A stretch of DNA of 64,000 bases from Candidatus Bathyarchaeia archaeon (GCA_038882715.1 JAVZNR010000001.1:179668-243667); one strand, 5' to 3'; counted from the stretch's first letter, positions 18,487 through 28,652 are shown. A program made the numbers and translations. Notes: generated by a model not told the origin, from the letters alone.

Positions 18487-19470
18487 GTGTCCGGCTTGAG
18501 CTATGAGATGTGGACTGAAAAGTATCGGCCGCGCACATTAGATGACATAGTTGACCAGGAGGAGATAGTTGCTAGGCTCAAAAGCTTCGTCAAGGCTAAA
18601 AATGTTCCTCACTGCATATTTGCTGGACCGCCCGGTACCGGGAAGACGACCGCTGCCCTTTGCCTAGCACATGACCTTTACGGCGAAAACTATCGGGAGT
18701 ATATAATGGAGCTTAATGCTAGCGATGAGAGGGGCATAAACGTTATCAGGGAGACTGTAAAAACTTTCGCTAGGACAAAGCCTATAGGCGAAGTAACATT
18801 CAAACTGTTGATTCTGGACGAAGCGGATAATATGACTGATGACGCTCAGCAAGCTTTAAGGCGAACGATGGAGCGGTATAGCGAGACCGCACGCTTCATA
18901 TTGATAGCTAACTACAGCGGCAAGATAATTGAACCTATCCAATCGCGCTGCGCCCCATTCAGATTCACGTATCTGCCAGCCGAAGCTGTAACGAAAAGAA
19001 TCAAATATATATGTGAAAAGGAGAACGTTGAGATCACAGATGACGGTATAGAGGCCATACTGGATCTCAGCGGAGGAGATTTAAGAAAAACTCTGAATAT
19101 TCTTCAGACAGCGGCTTCAGTCGGTAAAACGGTGACAGCGGACCTAGTTTACGCTGTCGTCGGCAAAGCTAACCCGGCAGATATTAGGGAAATGATGCTC
19201 ATGGCTTTAAACGGCGACTTCATTTCTGCGAGGAATAAGCTTAGGGAGCTAACTCGAAAATATGGTCTCGCCGGGACAGATATAATAAGGCAGATTCACA
19301 GCGAAACATTTCGATTAAATATCCCTGATATTTGGAAGGTTAAGTTAGCCGACATTATCGGCGAAGCTGACTATAGGTTAGTTCGAGGAGCAACCGAGGA
19401 AGTTCAGCTCAGCGCGTTGCTCGCTAAACTCGTCGAGGCAGGTTACGAAATGAAGAGAAGCTCTAAATGA
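18487..19470 (+). CDS. rfcS: Replication factor C small subunit
   Basis: [20 protein letters not shown]-type LILDEADNMT and SRC motifs. 327 aa with no intein. Confidence 0.9.
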   Translation: MSGLSYEMWTEKYRPRTLDDIVDQEEIVARLKSFVKAKNVPHCIFAGPPGTGKTTAALCLAHDLYGENYREYIMELNASDERGINVIRETVKTFARTKPIGEVTFKLLILDEADNMTDDAQQALRRTMERYSETARFILIANYSGKIIEPIQSRCAPFRFTYLPAEAVTKRIKYICEKENVEITDDGIEAILDLSGGDLRKTLNILQTAASVGKTVTADLVYAVVGKANPADIREMMLMALNGDFISARNKLRELTRKYGLAGTDIIRQIHSETFRLNIPDIWKVKLADIIGEADYRLVRGATEEVQLSALLAKLVEAGYEMKRSSK

Positions 19471-19471
19471 G

Positions 19472-20722
19472 ATGGTGCCTTCCATGTTTTCTTCACCTTA
19501 TATTCCATGGACTTTAAAGTACAAGCCTAAATCTATATCAGAGGTTATAGGAAACGAAGAGGCTAAAAGAAAAATCCTTGAGTGGATAAATTCTTGGAAG
19601 AAGGGCGCGCCGGAGAAGAAGGCTCTGTTCATATATGGTCCGCCGGGCGTTGGCAAGACAGCAACGGTTGAAGCCTTAGCGAATGATCTCGACATGGAGT
19701 TGGTTATGAGCGACGCCAGCACGTACAGGACTGAAGAGGCTGTTAAACGCTTCGCTGGGAGAGCCTCACAGTTTGGCTCATTGTTCGGCCGAAGTAAAAT
19801 CATAGTGTTTGATGAGGTGGACGGTTTAACTGGCTCGGCCGACGCTGGTGGATTAGCAGCGATAATGGATGTGATAAGGAATACAAGGATGCCAGTTATA
19901 TTGATTGCAAACGACGCTTATGACCCTAGGTTTACGCCATTAAGAAATCTCTGCTTGATGGTCGAGTTCAAAAGGCTTTCCGTAACCGAGGTTGCAAAGC
20001 ATTTAGCGAGGATATGCGTTAAGGAGGGCATCGTTGCCGATGATAAGGCCTTAAGGTTCATAGCGGAGAGAAGCGGTGGTGATGTTAGATCGGCGATATT
20101 GGATCTTCAGGCATTAGCGCAGGGCAAGGACAAGCTGACATACGAAGATGTTTCTTGGCTGGCGGTGCGCGATAGGAAAGAGGAGATATTTAACGTTTTA
20201 AGGATGATTTTCTACGCGAAGAGCGCTATAACGGCTAGAAACGCTGTAAATATGGCTGATGTCGATTTAGACATGCTTTTCGAATGGATATACGAGAATA
20301 TTCCATATCACATTAAGAACCCGCCTGAACTCGCCGCCGCAATGGATGCCCTCGCAAAAGCGGACATTTATCGCGGGATTCTTAAAGAGACCGGGGACTG
20401 GTCTTTCCTCCGCTACATCACTGACCTGATGACGGGTGGCGTCGCGTTCTCATGGAGCAAAAAATCCCCAGGCTGGACCCCGTTTAGATTTCCGGAGCGC
20501 ATAAAAATAGCGTCCAGCACAAAAGAGGAGAGGGAATTACTTGAGGAGATTGGCAGGAGGATTGGGAAAAAATGTCATATTTCGTCTTCACGTGCAATAG
20601 TTGAAGTTTTGCCGTACCTACGAATAATTCTTCAAAACAACCCGAAAATCGGTAAGAGAATAGCAAAGTGGTTAAATCTTAGTGAAGAAATGGTATCCTA
20701 CATATCTAGCATGTCAGGTTAG
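19472..20722 (+). CDS. rfcL: Replication factor C large subunit
   Basis: PWTLKYKP, GPPGVGKT and FDEVDG motifs. Lies immediately downstream of rfcS. Confidence 0.85.
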   Translation: MVPSMFSSPYIPWTLKYKPKSISEVIGNEEAKRKILEWINSWKKGAPEKKALFIYGPPGVGKTATVEALANDLDMELVMSDASTYRTEEAVKRFAGRASQFGSLFGRSKIIVFDEVDGLTGSADAGGLAAIMDVIRNTRMPVILIANDAYDPRFTPLRNLCLMVEFKRLSVTEVAKHLARICVKEGIVADDKALRFIAERSGGDVRSAILDLQALAQGKDKLTYEDVSWLAVRDRKEEIFNVLRMIFYAKSAITARNAVNMADVDLDMLFEWIYENIPYHIKNPPELAAAMDALAKADIYRGILKETGDWSFLRYITDLMTGGVAFSWSKKSPGWTPFRFPERIKIASSTKEERELLEEIGRRIGKKCHISSSRAIVEVLPYLRIILQNNPKIGKRIAKWLNLSEEMVSYISSMSG

Positions 20723-20732
20723 CGAGAGCTCA

Positions 20733-21263
20733 TTATTCACGCGCATGCATTATTATATGCCCAACCTCAGGCAATATTATTTCCTTAAGCGCTAAAGCTA
20801 CGCTTTGCGGTGAGCCGGGTAAGCAGAATACGGCTTTACCGCCCGATACTCCCGCTATCGACCTCGTTAAAATGGCTGCTGATCCTATTTTCTGGTAGCT
20901 AAGCATTCTGAATATTTCGCCAAAGCCGGATATCTCCTTATCAAGTAATGGTTGAACCGCCTCTATTGTTACGTCTTTTGGGCTTATGCCTGTTCCACCT
21001 GACATTATTATCGCATCGACTTTACGCGATTTTAAAGCTTTCATAACTGTTTTCTGAATCATCTCTTTGTCATCTGTAACTATTTTCCGTAGGGTTACCT
21101 TATGCCCATTCTCCTTAAGCATTTGAACTATTAGATCGCCGCTCGGATCATTTATTTTCCTTGTCTCAACATATTCCTTATACCGTGAAGTGCTGCAGGT
21201 TATCACGGCGAAGTTTAGGGTTTTAGGGGCTTCAGCCTTATGTTTAAGTGCGGTTTCGCTCAA
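20733..21263 (-). CDS. moaB: Molybdenum cofactor biosynthesis protein B (MoaB/Mog family)
   Basis: SGGTGISPKD motif, about 176 aa, contiguous with moaC. Confidence 0.8.
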   Translation of the reverse strand: MSETALKHKAEAPKTLNFAVITCSTSRYKEYVETRKINDPSGDLIVQMLKENGHKVTLRKIVTDDKEMIQKTVMKALKSRKVDAIIMSGGTGISPKDVTIEAVQPLLDKEISGFGEIFRMLSYQKIGSAAILTRSIAGVSGGKAVFCLPGSPQSVALALKEIILPEVGHIIMHARE

Positions 21264-21698
21264 CTACTCCTTCACCTTCTTAACGACATATATGTTTTGG
21301 ATTAAAGTGTATGGGTACTGCCCATCTACGTCCTTTTCATATTGTTTAACCATATCCCATATTGTCAGCAACGCAATAGATGTTGCAACTAAAGCCTCCA
21401 TTTCAACCCCAGTTTGGGCGCGCGTCTTCACCGTGGATTCAACTTCAATCATGTTTTCGCCTAAGATCCTAACGTCAATATTAACGTTCGTTATAGGGAT
21501 TGGATGGCAGAGCGGTATAAGCATCGAAGTATTTTTTGCCGCCAGAATACCGGCTATTTTAGCCGTGTATAATGGATCCCCCTTTTCAACCCTTCCCTCT
21601 CTAATTAGCTTTATTGTCTCGGATCTCAGCTTTATCTGTCCACGTGCCTTAGCTTCGCGATAAACTTCACTTTTAGCGGTTATATCCACCATCGACAT
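21264..21698 (-). CDS. moaC: Cyclic pyranopterin monophosphate synthase accessory protein MoaC
   Basis: LIPLCHPIP and VEMEAL motifs, 144 aa. Confidence 0.9.
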   Translation of the reverse strand: MSMVDITAKSEVYREAKARGQIKLRSETIKLIREGRVEKGDPLYTAKIAGILAAKNTSMLIPLCHPIPITNVNIDVRILGENMIEVESTVKTRAQTGVEMEALVATSIALLTIWDMVKQYEKDVDGQYPYTLIQNIYVVKKVKE

Positions 21699-21746
21699 TT
21701 TTTGGCACCAGCAACAACTTTTTGATTGCCCACCATTATTCTATTT

Positions 21747-22367
21747 TTATCGTGACCGCTGTTGCTGAAACCTTGAAATCTCCTCTTCAACCCTGCCTAT
21801 TTGTATCAGCAATTCCTGAATTGACTGCTCTAGGCGCGATAGGTTTATTTTCAGGGTCTCCATGCTCTTTCTGAAGTATTCAAGTCTCGCATGAACGGCT
21901 TCTGGAATAGAAACCCTTGAAATATAGTCTTTAGCCTCACATATCTCTTTGAGCCTTAAGATCTCAAGAATTGTTTCCGAGGGGCTTTTAATTATATCCC
22001 TAGATAATTCGATGAAATCTTGCCCTTCTGTAACCGCTTTCCTCAAATAATCTAACGCCTGCTTCGATAGGTTTTGGCGCGGCTCAGCCTGCTTCTTTAG
22101 AACTTCAAGAAAACTGTTTATTGGCTGCATAAACTCTCTATAAGCTCTCCTTATCGACGAGGCTTTCTCCGGTTTAAGCAGAAGCATATAGTCTCTCATC
22201 TCCTCAGCCGCTTTTCTCGCGGCATTTACCTCATCTTCTGATTTGGCCAGCAGCTCCTCCGGAGAAGCTTTCTCATAGAGAACATTAGCCAATATTTCAC
22301 CGGAAATCCTCTGTAATAAGTCTTCTAGATAAACTGTTTTTGATTCCAGCTCCTTAATTATCAACAT
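21747..22367 (-). CDS. Hypothetical all-alpha / coiled-coil protein
   Basis: 206-aa ORF with heptad-like charged sequence and no recognisable family. Divergent from the thermosome gene. Confidence 0.4.
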   Translation of the reverse strand: MLIIKELESKTVYLEDLLQRISGEILANVLYEKASPEELLAKSEDEVNAARKAAEEMRDYMLLLKPEKASSIRRAYREFMQPINSFLEVLKKQAEPRQNLSKQALDYLRKAVTEGQDFIELSRDIIKSPSETILEILRLKEICEAKDYISRVSIPEAVHARLEYFRKSMETLKINLSRLEQSIQELLIQIGRVEEEISRFQQQRSR

Positions 22368-22439
22368 TCATCACACAATATACTGAAATAGGTTACTTCG
22401 AAAATAAAAGCTTTCAAAGAGCCTAGCTCTATCGAAAAG

Positions 22440-22448
22440 TATATAAAA
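22440..22448 (+). promoter_or_regulatory. Candidate TATA box (TATATAAAA, preceded by the A-rich BRE-like CGAAAAG) for the thermosome gene
   Basis: Lies about 52 nt upstream of the ATG at 22501 in an AT-rich spacer. Matches the archaeal BRE/TATA architecture. Confidence 0.5.
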
Positions 22449-22500
22449 GATGTTTGTTTGAGTATGCTATGCTTAAACATATCTTTGAAGGGGATCGAGT

Positions 22501-24138
22501 ATGGCAGCTGTTTCAGGCAGAATTCCTGTTTTGATATTGAAGGAGGGTTCTACGAGGAGTAGGGGTAGGGAGGCTCAGCATAATAATATTATGGCTGCTA
22601 GGGTTATTGCGGAGGCTGTTAGGAGCTCTTTGGGTCCTAAGGGTATGGATAAGATGCTTGTTGATAGTTTGGGCGATGTGACTATTACTAATGATGGTAA
22701 GACGATTCTCGATGAGATGGAGGTTGAGCATCCAGCCGCTAAGATGATGGTTGAGGTTGCTAAGGCTCAGGATAAGGAGGTCGGCGACGGAACAACGAGC
22801 GTCGTCGTATTCGCAGGCGAGCTGCTTAATAGGGCTGAGGATCTCTTAAACAAGAATATTCATCCGACGGTGATCATAGACGGCTACCGTAAGGCGGCTG
22901 ACAAGGCGCTTGAAGTCTTGGAGAAGATCGCTATAGGCGTTGACCCGCAGGATAGAGACGCCTTAAAGAAGGTTGCTATGACGGCTATGGCCAGCAAGCT
23001 CGTATCGGAGAACAGGGATAGGCTGGCCGACATAGCTGTTGAGGCTATACTCCACGTGGCGCAGAGGATAGGCGACCAGTTTAAGGCTGATTTAGACGAT
23101 ATACTCGTCCAGAAGAAGCATGGCGAATCAGTCGCGGACACGCAGCTGATTAAGGGCTTGGTTATCGATAAGGAAGTGGTTCATCCAGGCATGCCTAAAC
23201 GCGTCGAGAAGGCTAGGATAGCGCTATTGGACTGCCCGCTTGAAATAGAGAAGACGGAGTTCGACGCCAAGATAAATATTGAGACGCCTGAGCAGATGGA
23301 GGCTTTCCTACGCGAGGAGGAGAACATGCTCCGCGGAATGGTTGAGAAGATAGCCAGCGTAGGAGCGAACGTGGTTATATGCCAGAAGGGCATAGACGAT
23401 ATGGCTCAGCACTTCCTGGCTAGGAGGGGCATACTGGCGGTTAGGCGCGCGAAGAAGTCCGATATGGAGAAGCTGGCTAAGGCTACTGGCGGACGCGTAG
23501 TCACGAACCTGGAGGACCTTAAGCCAGAAGACCTCGGGTACGCTGAGCTGGTTGAGGAGCGTAAGATAGGCGAGGACAAGATGGTTTTCGTCGAGGGCTG
23601 CAGGAACCTTAAGGCCGTAGCGATACTCGTTAGAGGCGGAAGCGAACGCATAGTTGACGAGGCTGAGCGCTCGATACATGACGCTTTATGCGTCGTCAGA
23701 GACGTTGTCCAGGAGCCCAAGATACTGGCTGGCGGAGGAGCCCCTGAAATAGAGGTTGCGAGGGCGATTAGAGAATACGCGCAGTCCCTGCCGGGCAGGG
23801 AGCAGCTGGCAGCGCAGAGCTTCGCCGACGCGATAGAGGTTATTCCCACAGCGCTGGCCGAGAACGCTGGGCTGGATCCAATAGACATTTTATCGGAGCT
23901 TAGGGCTAGGCATGAGAGGGGTGAAACATGGGCTGGCGTAGACGTTAACGCCGGTAAGGTTAGGGATATGCGTGAAATAGATGTTTATGAGCCGCTCGCC
24001 GTCAAAAGGCAGATAATTAAGTCGGCTGTAGAGGCCGCGACAATGATACTGAAGATAGACGATGTAATAGCCGCAGGGAAAACAAAGATGCCGAAAACAC
24101 CTAAGGGACCAGAAGGCTATGGCGGAGAATTTGAGTAA
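22501..24138 (+). CDS. ths: Thermosome subunit (group II chaperonin)
   Basis: [20 protein letters not shown] and VAGGGAPE motifs, 545 aa. Confidence 0.95.
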   Translation: MAAVSGRIPVLILKEGSTRSRGREAQHNNIMAARVIAEAVRSSLGPKGMDKMLVDSLGDVTITNDGKTILDEMEVEHPAAKMMVEVAKAQDKEVGDGTTSVVVFAGELLNRAEDLLNKNIHPTVIIDGYRKAADKALEVLEKIAIGVDPQDRDALKKVAMTAMASKLVSENRDRLADIAVEAILHVAQRIGDQFKADLDDILVQKKHGESVADTQLIKGLVIDKEVVHPGMPKRVEKARIALLDCPLEIEKTEFDAKINIETPEQMEAFLREEENMLRGMVEKIASVGANVVICQKGIDDMAQHFLARRGILAVRRAKKSDMEKLAKATGGRVVTNLEDLKPEDLGYAELVEERKIGEDKMVFVEGCRNLKAVAILVRGGSERIVDEAERSIHDALCVVRDVVQEPKILAGGGAPEIEVARAIREYAQSLPGREQLAAQSFADAIEVIPTALAENAGLDPIDILSELRARHERGETWAGVDVNAGKVRDMREIDVYEPLAVKRQIIKSAVEAATMILKIDDVIAAGKTKMPKTPKGPEGYGGEFE

Positions 24139-24168
24139 AAAGTAATGTGTTTAAGTTCCGCTTCTCTA

Positions 24169-24174
24169 TTTTTT
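24169..24174 (+). terminator. Oligo-T tract downstream of the thermosome gene
   Basis: A T6 run 30 nt after the stop codon. Archaeal termination commonly uses oligo-T. Confidence 0.4.
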
Positions 24175-24220
24175 AATTAATATTTCGTGTTTATTTTCAG
24201 TTTTAGGGCATGAATACCTC

Positions 24221-25234
24221 ATGGTTAGAGAGGTTTTTGAGGTTTCTGAACCCATTCCGCTTTTAGGGTGCATAGCGTTTGGCTTAATTGATAGGGGAAC
24301 AAACCTTATTCAAGTTCGCCCGATCACGACGTGCCCACTCTCATGTATCTTTTGCTCGACGGATGCAGGCCCGAAGTCAAAGCGTAGGCGCACTGAATAT
24401 ATTGTTCCGCTAGATTATCTTATCGATTGGTTTAAAAGAGTCGCCGCCTTCAAAGGCGAATGCGACATAGAGGCTCATATTGACACTGTAGGAGACCCAG
24501 TAACGTATCCGCGAATAGTTGACTTGGTTTCCGGCTTAAATAACGTTAAAGGTGTCAAGGTTATTTCAATGCAGACTCACGGGTCAACATTAACCGAGAA
24601 GATTCTTGTCGATCTTTCAGAAGCCGGATTAACAAGAATAAACCTCTCGATAGATGCTTTAGGCCCCGATTTGGCGAGAAAACTTTCTGGAACAGAATGG
24701 TATGATCCATCAAGAATCGTCGATTTAATGCATTATATAGTCTCAAACACGAAGATTGATCTGCTTATTGCGCCAGTTTGGATTCCGGGAATAAACGATT
24801 TCGAAATACCAAAAATAATTGAGCTTGCAAAGAAGATCGGAGCCGGGAAAAAGTTCCCACCATTAGGCATACAAAAATATCTCATTCATAAGCACGGACG
24901 AAAAATCAGGGGTGTTAAGCCAATGTCGTGGAGAAAGTTTTATGAGCAGCTTAGGCGCTGGGAAAACGAGTTTGGAGTCAAACTTATTTTAAGGCCTGAG
25001 GACTTCGGGATACATAAGCGCCCAGCGCTTCCAAAGCCATATAGGCTCTTTGAAGTCATTCGAGTTAAAGTTGTTGGACCCGGGTGGCTTAGAGGAGAAG
25101 CATTGGCCATAACAGAGAAATGCGACAGAAGCATAACGCTAATAAACGCTGAAGATATTCCAGTCGGGTCAAAGGTTAAAGCCCGCATATTATCCAGCAA
25201 GGATAACATTTTTGTCGCCGAACCCATAACTTGA
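24221..25234 (+). CDS. Radical SAM protein (archaeal COG2100-like) with a C-terminal OB/TRAM-like region
   Basis: CPLSCIFCS (CxxxCxxC) motif, 337 aa. Confidence 0.65.
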   Translation: MVREVFEVSEPIPLLGCIAFGLIDRGTNLIQVRPITTCPLSCIFCSTDAGPKSKRRRTEYIVPLDYLIDWFKRVAAFKGECDIEAHIDTVGDPVTYPRIVDLVSGLNNVKGVKVISMQTHGSTLTEKILVDLSEAGLTRINLSIDALGPDLARKLSGTEWYDPSRIVDLMHYIVSNTKIDLLIAPVWIPGINDFEIPKIIELAKKIGAGKKFPPLGIQKYLIHKHGRKIRGVKPMSWRKFYEQLRRWENEFGVKLILRPEDFGIHKRPALPKPYRLFEVIRVKVVGPGWLRGEALAITEKCDRSITLINAEDIPVGSKVKARILSSKDNIFVAEPIT

Positions 25235-25284
25235 CTTATGAAGGATAATATTTAAGCAATAGCGGCTTCCCGGTGGTTTAGGCC

Positions 25285-25962
25285 ATGCGCATATATATCG
25301 ATAGGAAAATTAGGGCGGATTTTCCGGACCTAAAGGTTCTAGCCGCCACCGTAGAAAATCTAAAGGTTAAAAAGGATGATCCAGATCTTGATCTGTTGAA
25401 GGCTGAAACCATTAGGGAGGTTAAATCCAAGTACAAGGTTGATTTGCTTAAAGATATACCAAGCGTTAAGGCCTATAGGGAATTCTTCTGGAGAATCGGG
25501 ATAGATCCAACTAAAAGTAGGCCGGCTGCAGAAGCCTTAATAAGAAGGGTGCTCCTAAATAATCCGCTGCCTAAAATTAATACGTTCGTTGACTCGCTTA
25601 ACCTAGCTTCTTTGAAATCTGAAGTTGCAATAGGATCGTTCGATATAGATAAGGTTTCCGGAGAACTTATAGCTATAAGGTATGCGAGTGAAGGCGAAGT
25701 TTTTCGCGGAATAGGTATGAGCAACCCTATCACGCTTAAAGGATGCGAAATGGTACTTTCGGATAACGTGGGTCCAATAGTTATCTACCCGCATAGAGAC
25801 TCTGAACGCACAAAAATAACTGAAGCAACTCAAAAAGCCCTGCTAGTTTTCTGCGGGGTTCCAGGCATAAGCGAAAACATGCTTCTGGAAGCGATGAGTA
25901 TTACTATGGGTTTAATAATTAAATTTTGCGGGGGATCCGCTAAACCCGTAGAGGTCGAGTAG
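25285..25962 (+). CDS. Stand-alone B3/B4 (PheRS beta-subunit-like) tRNA-binding domain protein
   Basis: Pattern matches solo B3/4 domain proteins (YREFFWRIGIDPTKSRPAAEAL, NxxVDxxN). Confidence 0.6.
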   Translation: MRIYIDRKIRADFPDLKVLAATVENLKVKKDDPDLDLLKAETIREVKSKYKVDLLKDIPSVKAYREFFWRIGIDPTKSRPAAEALIRRVLLNNPLPKINTFVDSLNLASLKSEVAIGSFDIDKVSGELIAIRYASEGEVFRGIGMSNPITLKGCEMVLSDNVGPIVIYPHRDSERTKITEATQKALLVFCGVPGISENMLLEAMSITMGLIIKFCGGSAKPVEVE

Positions 25963-25963
25963 A

Positions 25964-26770
25964 ATGTGTGGAAGATTCAAGTCTCTCTTAGAGGAAGCTG
26001 AGAGAAAAAAGAGTTCGAGAATAGTTTTGGCTCTAGATGTTGTCGCTGAGAGCCGTGAAAAACTTTTTTCAAAGAGCATGCAGATACTTGACGAAGTTTA
26101 CGAGTATATATGCGCTTTAAAGATCAACCATCACCTCGTTTTACCGCTCGGACTATTTGATGGCGTAAAGAGAATCCTAGACAAGGCTAAGGATCTTGGG
26201 CTACCGGCGATAATAGATTGCAAGGCTAATGATGTTGGAAGCACGAATCGTGTAATAGCGGAAAATTACTTTGAAGCCGGGTTTGATGCGCTCATCGCAA
26301 ATCCCTTCGTCGGCTGGGAAGATGGCCTCCAGCCGATTTTCGAAGTTGCCGAAAAAATGGAGCGCGGCATAATATTGTTGGTTTATATGAGCCACAAGGC
26401 TGCTTGGGAAGGCTACGGACAAAAGGTTTACGACGAAAACACAGGGACAATTAAACCACAGTACATTATTTTCGCTGAGAAGGCTCTGGCTTGGAAAGCT
26501 GACGGGGCAGTAGTTGGCGCAACATATCCTGAAAAAATAAGTGAAGTATACGCTATTCTGGGAAAGAGTATACCGATATATTCGCCGGGGGTTGGCGTGC
26601 AGGGTGGAGACCTTGAGAGAGCTATACTGGCTGGTGCGCATTACTTAATAGTTGGAAGATCGATAGTTGAAGCTGAAGAGCCTGCTGAAGCCGCCAGAAG
26701 GTTTCGGGATTCTTCAAATAAAGTCATTAACAGTATTGGTTGCAGAGCGGATTTAGGCAGCCGACCTTAG
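25964..26770 (+). CDS. pyrF: Orotidine 5'-phosphate decarboxylase
   Basis: IVLALDV, KINHHL, IDCKANDVGSTN and GRSI motifs. The C-terminal tail may be over-extended. Confidence 0.8.
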   Translation: MCGRFKSLLEEAERKKSSRIVLALDVVAESREKLFSKSMQILDEVYEYICALKINHHLVLPLGLFDGVKRILDKAKDLGLPAIIDCKANDVGSTNRVIAENYFEAGFDALIANPFVGWEDGLQPIFEVAEKMERGIILLVYMSHKAAWEGYGQKVYDENTGTIKPQYIIFAEKALAWKADGAVVGATYPEKISEVYAILGKSIPIYSPGVGVQGGDLERAILAGAHYLIVGRSIVEAEEPAEAARRFRDSSNKVINSIGCRADLGSRP

Positions 26771-26882
26771 ATGTCCGTCCATTAGTCATTAGCAGATCCC
26801 TAGCAACGGGCTTCCTCATCGGTCAGCTGCGGTATTTAAATTTTTCAGCCGTAGATTAAAACGTTATCTTTCATGGTTCCAT

Positions 26883-27035
26883 CTAGATCTTTTGCTTGGA
26901 CCATAATTCACGTTTTAATAAATCTCTCACAGCAGTCCTTATGGCTGCGCTTCTACTGGGATACATGTTTTGTCTAACGAGCTCATCTAAGCCTTCAAGG
27001 TAGGCTTCGGGAAGCAAAACGGTTACGAGCTTCAT
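26883..27035 (-). CDS. Ribbon-helix-helix (CopG/NikR-type) DNA-binding protein, 50 aa
   Basis: Hand translation gives MKLVTVLLPEAYLEGLDELVRQNMYPSRSAAIRTAVRDLLKRELWSKQKI. This is the classic RHH pattern: beta strand, then LDxLV, then SRSxxIRxAvrxLL. It is below the ORF-track size cutoff. Confidence 0.65.
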   Translation of the reverse strand: MKLVTVLLPEAYLEGLDELVRQNMYPSRSAAIRTAVRDLLKRELWSKQKI

Positions 27036-27366
27036 CTTAAACACACCTCAATAAGTTTCGCCTAATATCTCTATATTATGGGAAAATTTAAATCTTAAAC
27101 ATGGGTTTAACCCAAAGCGATTAGGCATAAAACGTTTTTAAAGATATCCTAATGGCGCAAATTTTACATAAATATTGAAATAATGAAGGATTTGGCTTCC
27201 AAATATTTTCAAAATGTTTTGTTACTTTGATGCGGCATAATAATGTTCTCCAGAAAAATTTAATGTAAGAGACTGGCAGCAAAATTTAATGGCTGTTAAA
27301 CCGTTATCTACCAAAAAACTTATTGGTTTAGATTTAAACAACACTGTTTAGCCACTTAGCTAGAGA

Positions 27367-28572
27367 GTGTTAAAATTGGGTAGTTTTGATCCTAGGGACT
27401 TTGTTGAAAAGCAGGTTAAAGAGATTAAACGGGTTATCGGCAGTAGTAAAGCGCTTATAGCGGTCTCTGGCGGCGTCGACAGCTCGACCTGTGCTGTGCT
27501 AACGCATATGGCTATAGGAGACAATTTAATCTGCGTCATTCTCGACGACGCTTTCATGAGACTTAATGAGCCTGAAAGAGTTGCAGAGACCCTTTCGAAG
27601 CCCCCACTCAACCTTCCAGTTAGAATTGAGCGTGTTCAGGAGCGCTTCCTAGAAGCTCTTAAGGGGCTTAGAGATGCTGAAGAGAAAAGGAAAGCCTTTA
27701 GAACAACGTTTTATAAGGTTTTAGGTGAGATAGCGAAAAGAGAAAAGTGCGATTTTCTAGTTCAGGGAACAATACTAGCCGACATAATTGAGACAAAGGG
27801 TGGAATAAAAACCCAGCATAATGTTTTGGAGCAGATTGGTTTAAACACTCGCGAGCTCTATGGCTTCAGGGTCGTTGAGCCCTTAGCGAGCTTACTTAAG
27901 TGGCAGGTTAGGGAAGTTGCAAGGTATTTAAAGATTCCGCCTGAAATAAGTGAGCGCCAACCGTTTCCTGGTCCAGGGCTATCAGTTAGAGTTGTTGGTG
28001 AAGTTAGAGTTGAGAAACTGGCAGCTCTGAAGAAGTCGACGATGATAGTTGAGGAAAAAATATCTTCTTATAGGCCGAGTCAGTACTTCGCAGCTATAAT
28101 AGATAATAAATTTAAGTCTGCTATTGAGGCTAAGAAAATAGTGGATGCTGCCGCATCATCTTTAGGGGTTAGCCCGGAAAATGTTTCTGTGAAAGTTTTT
28201 GAGGATAAAGCGACCGGCATTAGGGATAATCTACGCAAGTATGGTGATATAGTTGCTGTTAAATGTTTGATTGACGGCGAAGTCTATACGCCGCCCCTAA
28301 ATAGACTTCTTGACATGCAGAAAACCATGATAGAGGAAAACCCACGTATTGCGAGAGCGCTATATCTAGTTTCTGAGGTTGAGGAGAATAAGCCATACTC
28401 TATAGTTGTTAGAGCGGTTGAAACCGAAGACTTCTTAACAGCTAATGTTGCCAGTATACCGTGGAGCTGCCTAAAGGAGACGGCTAAAGAAATCCTTAGC
28501 AGCTGCCCGGAGATTTCCGCAGTCTATTTTGATGTAACGCCTAAACCCCCTGCGACAATAGAGATGGAATAA
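27367..28572 (+). CDS. guaA: GMP synthase ATP-pyrophosphatase subunit (GuaA subunit B-like) with an enlarged C-terminal domain
   Basis: SGGVDSS PP-loop, FPGPGL motif, and a C-terminal KPPATIEME that matches the GuaA signature PPxTIEWE. GTG start. About 90 aa longer than typical subunit B. Confidence 0.75.
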   Translation: MLKLGSFDPRDFVEKQVKEIKRVIGSSKALIAVSGGVDSSTCAVLTHMAIGDNLICVILDDAFMRLNEPERVAETLSKPPLNLPVRIERVQERFLEALKGLRDAEEKRKAFRTTFYKVLGEIAKREKCDFLVQGTILADIIETKGGIKTQHNVLEQIGLNTRELYGFRVVEPLASLLKWQVREVARYLKIPPEISERQPFPGPGLSVRVVGEVRVEKLAALKKSTMIVEEKISSYRPSQYFAAIIDNKFKSAIEAKKIVDAAASSLGVSPENVSVKVFEDKATGIRDNLRKYGDIVAVKCLIDGEVYTPPLNRLLDMQKTMIEENPRIARALYLVSEVEENKPYSIVVRAVETEDFLTANVASIPWSCLKETAKEILSSCPEISAVYFDVTPKPPATIEME

Positions 28573-28594
28573 GATTTATCTGAGCCTCTTTTAA

Positions 28595-28601
28595 TTTTTT
28601 T
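28595..28601 (+). terminator. Oligo-T tract downstream of the guaA-like gene
   Basis: A T7 run about 25 nt after the stop codon. Confidence 0.4.
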
Positions 28602-28652
28602 CTTTCATCTTTTTATAGGCGTGCAACATACTACTTTTCATGGTGTTAGGTC

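Noticed and set aside
22884-23888. Several 70-160-aa minus-strand ORFs inside the thermosome gene
   Set aside because: They are antisense shadows of a GC3-rich, highly conserved gene, with Ser/Ala/Leu-rich translations and no recognisable domains.
26771-26882. Possible toxin gene downstream of the RHH micro-gene (TA module)
   Set aside because: Only a 9-codon ORF (MKDNVLIYG-stop) follows before the convergent pyrF 3' end. No PIN, RelE or other toxin-sized frame is present.
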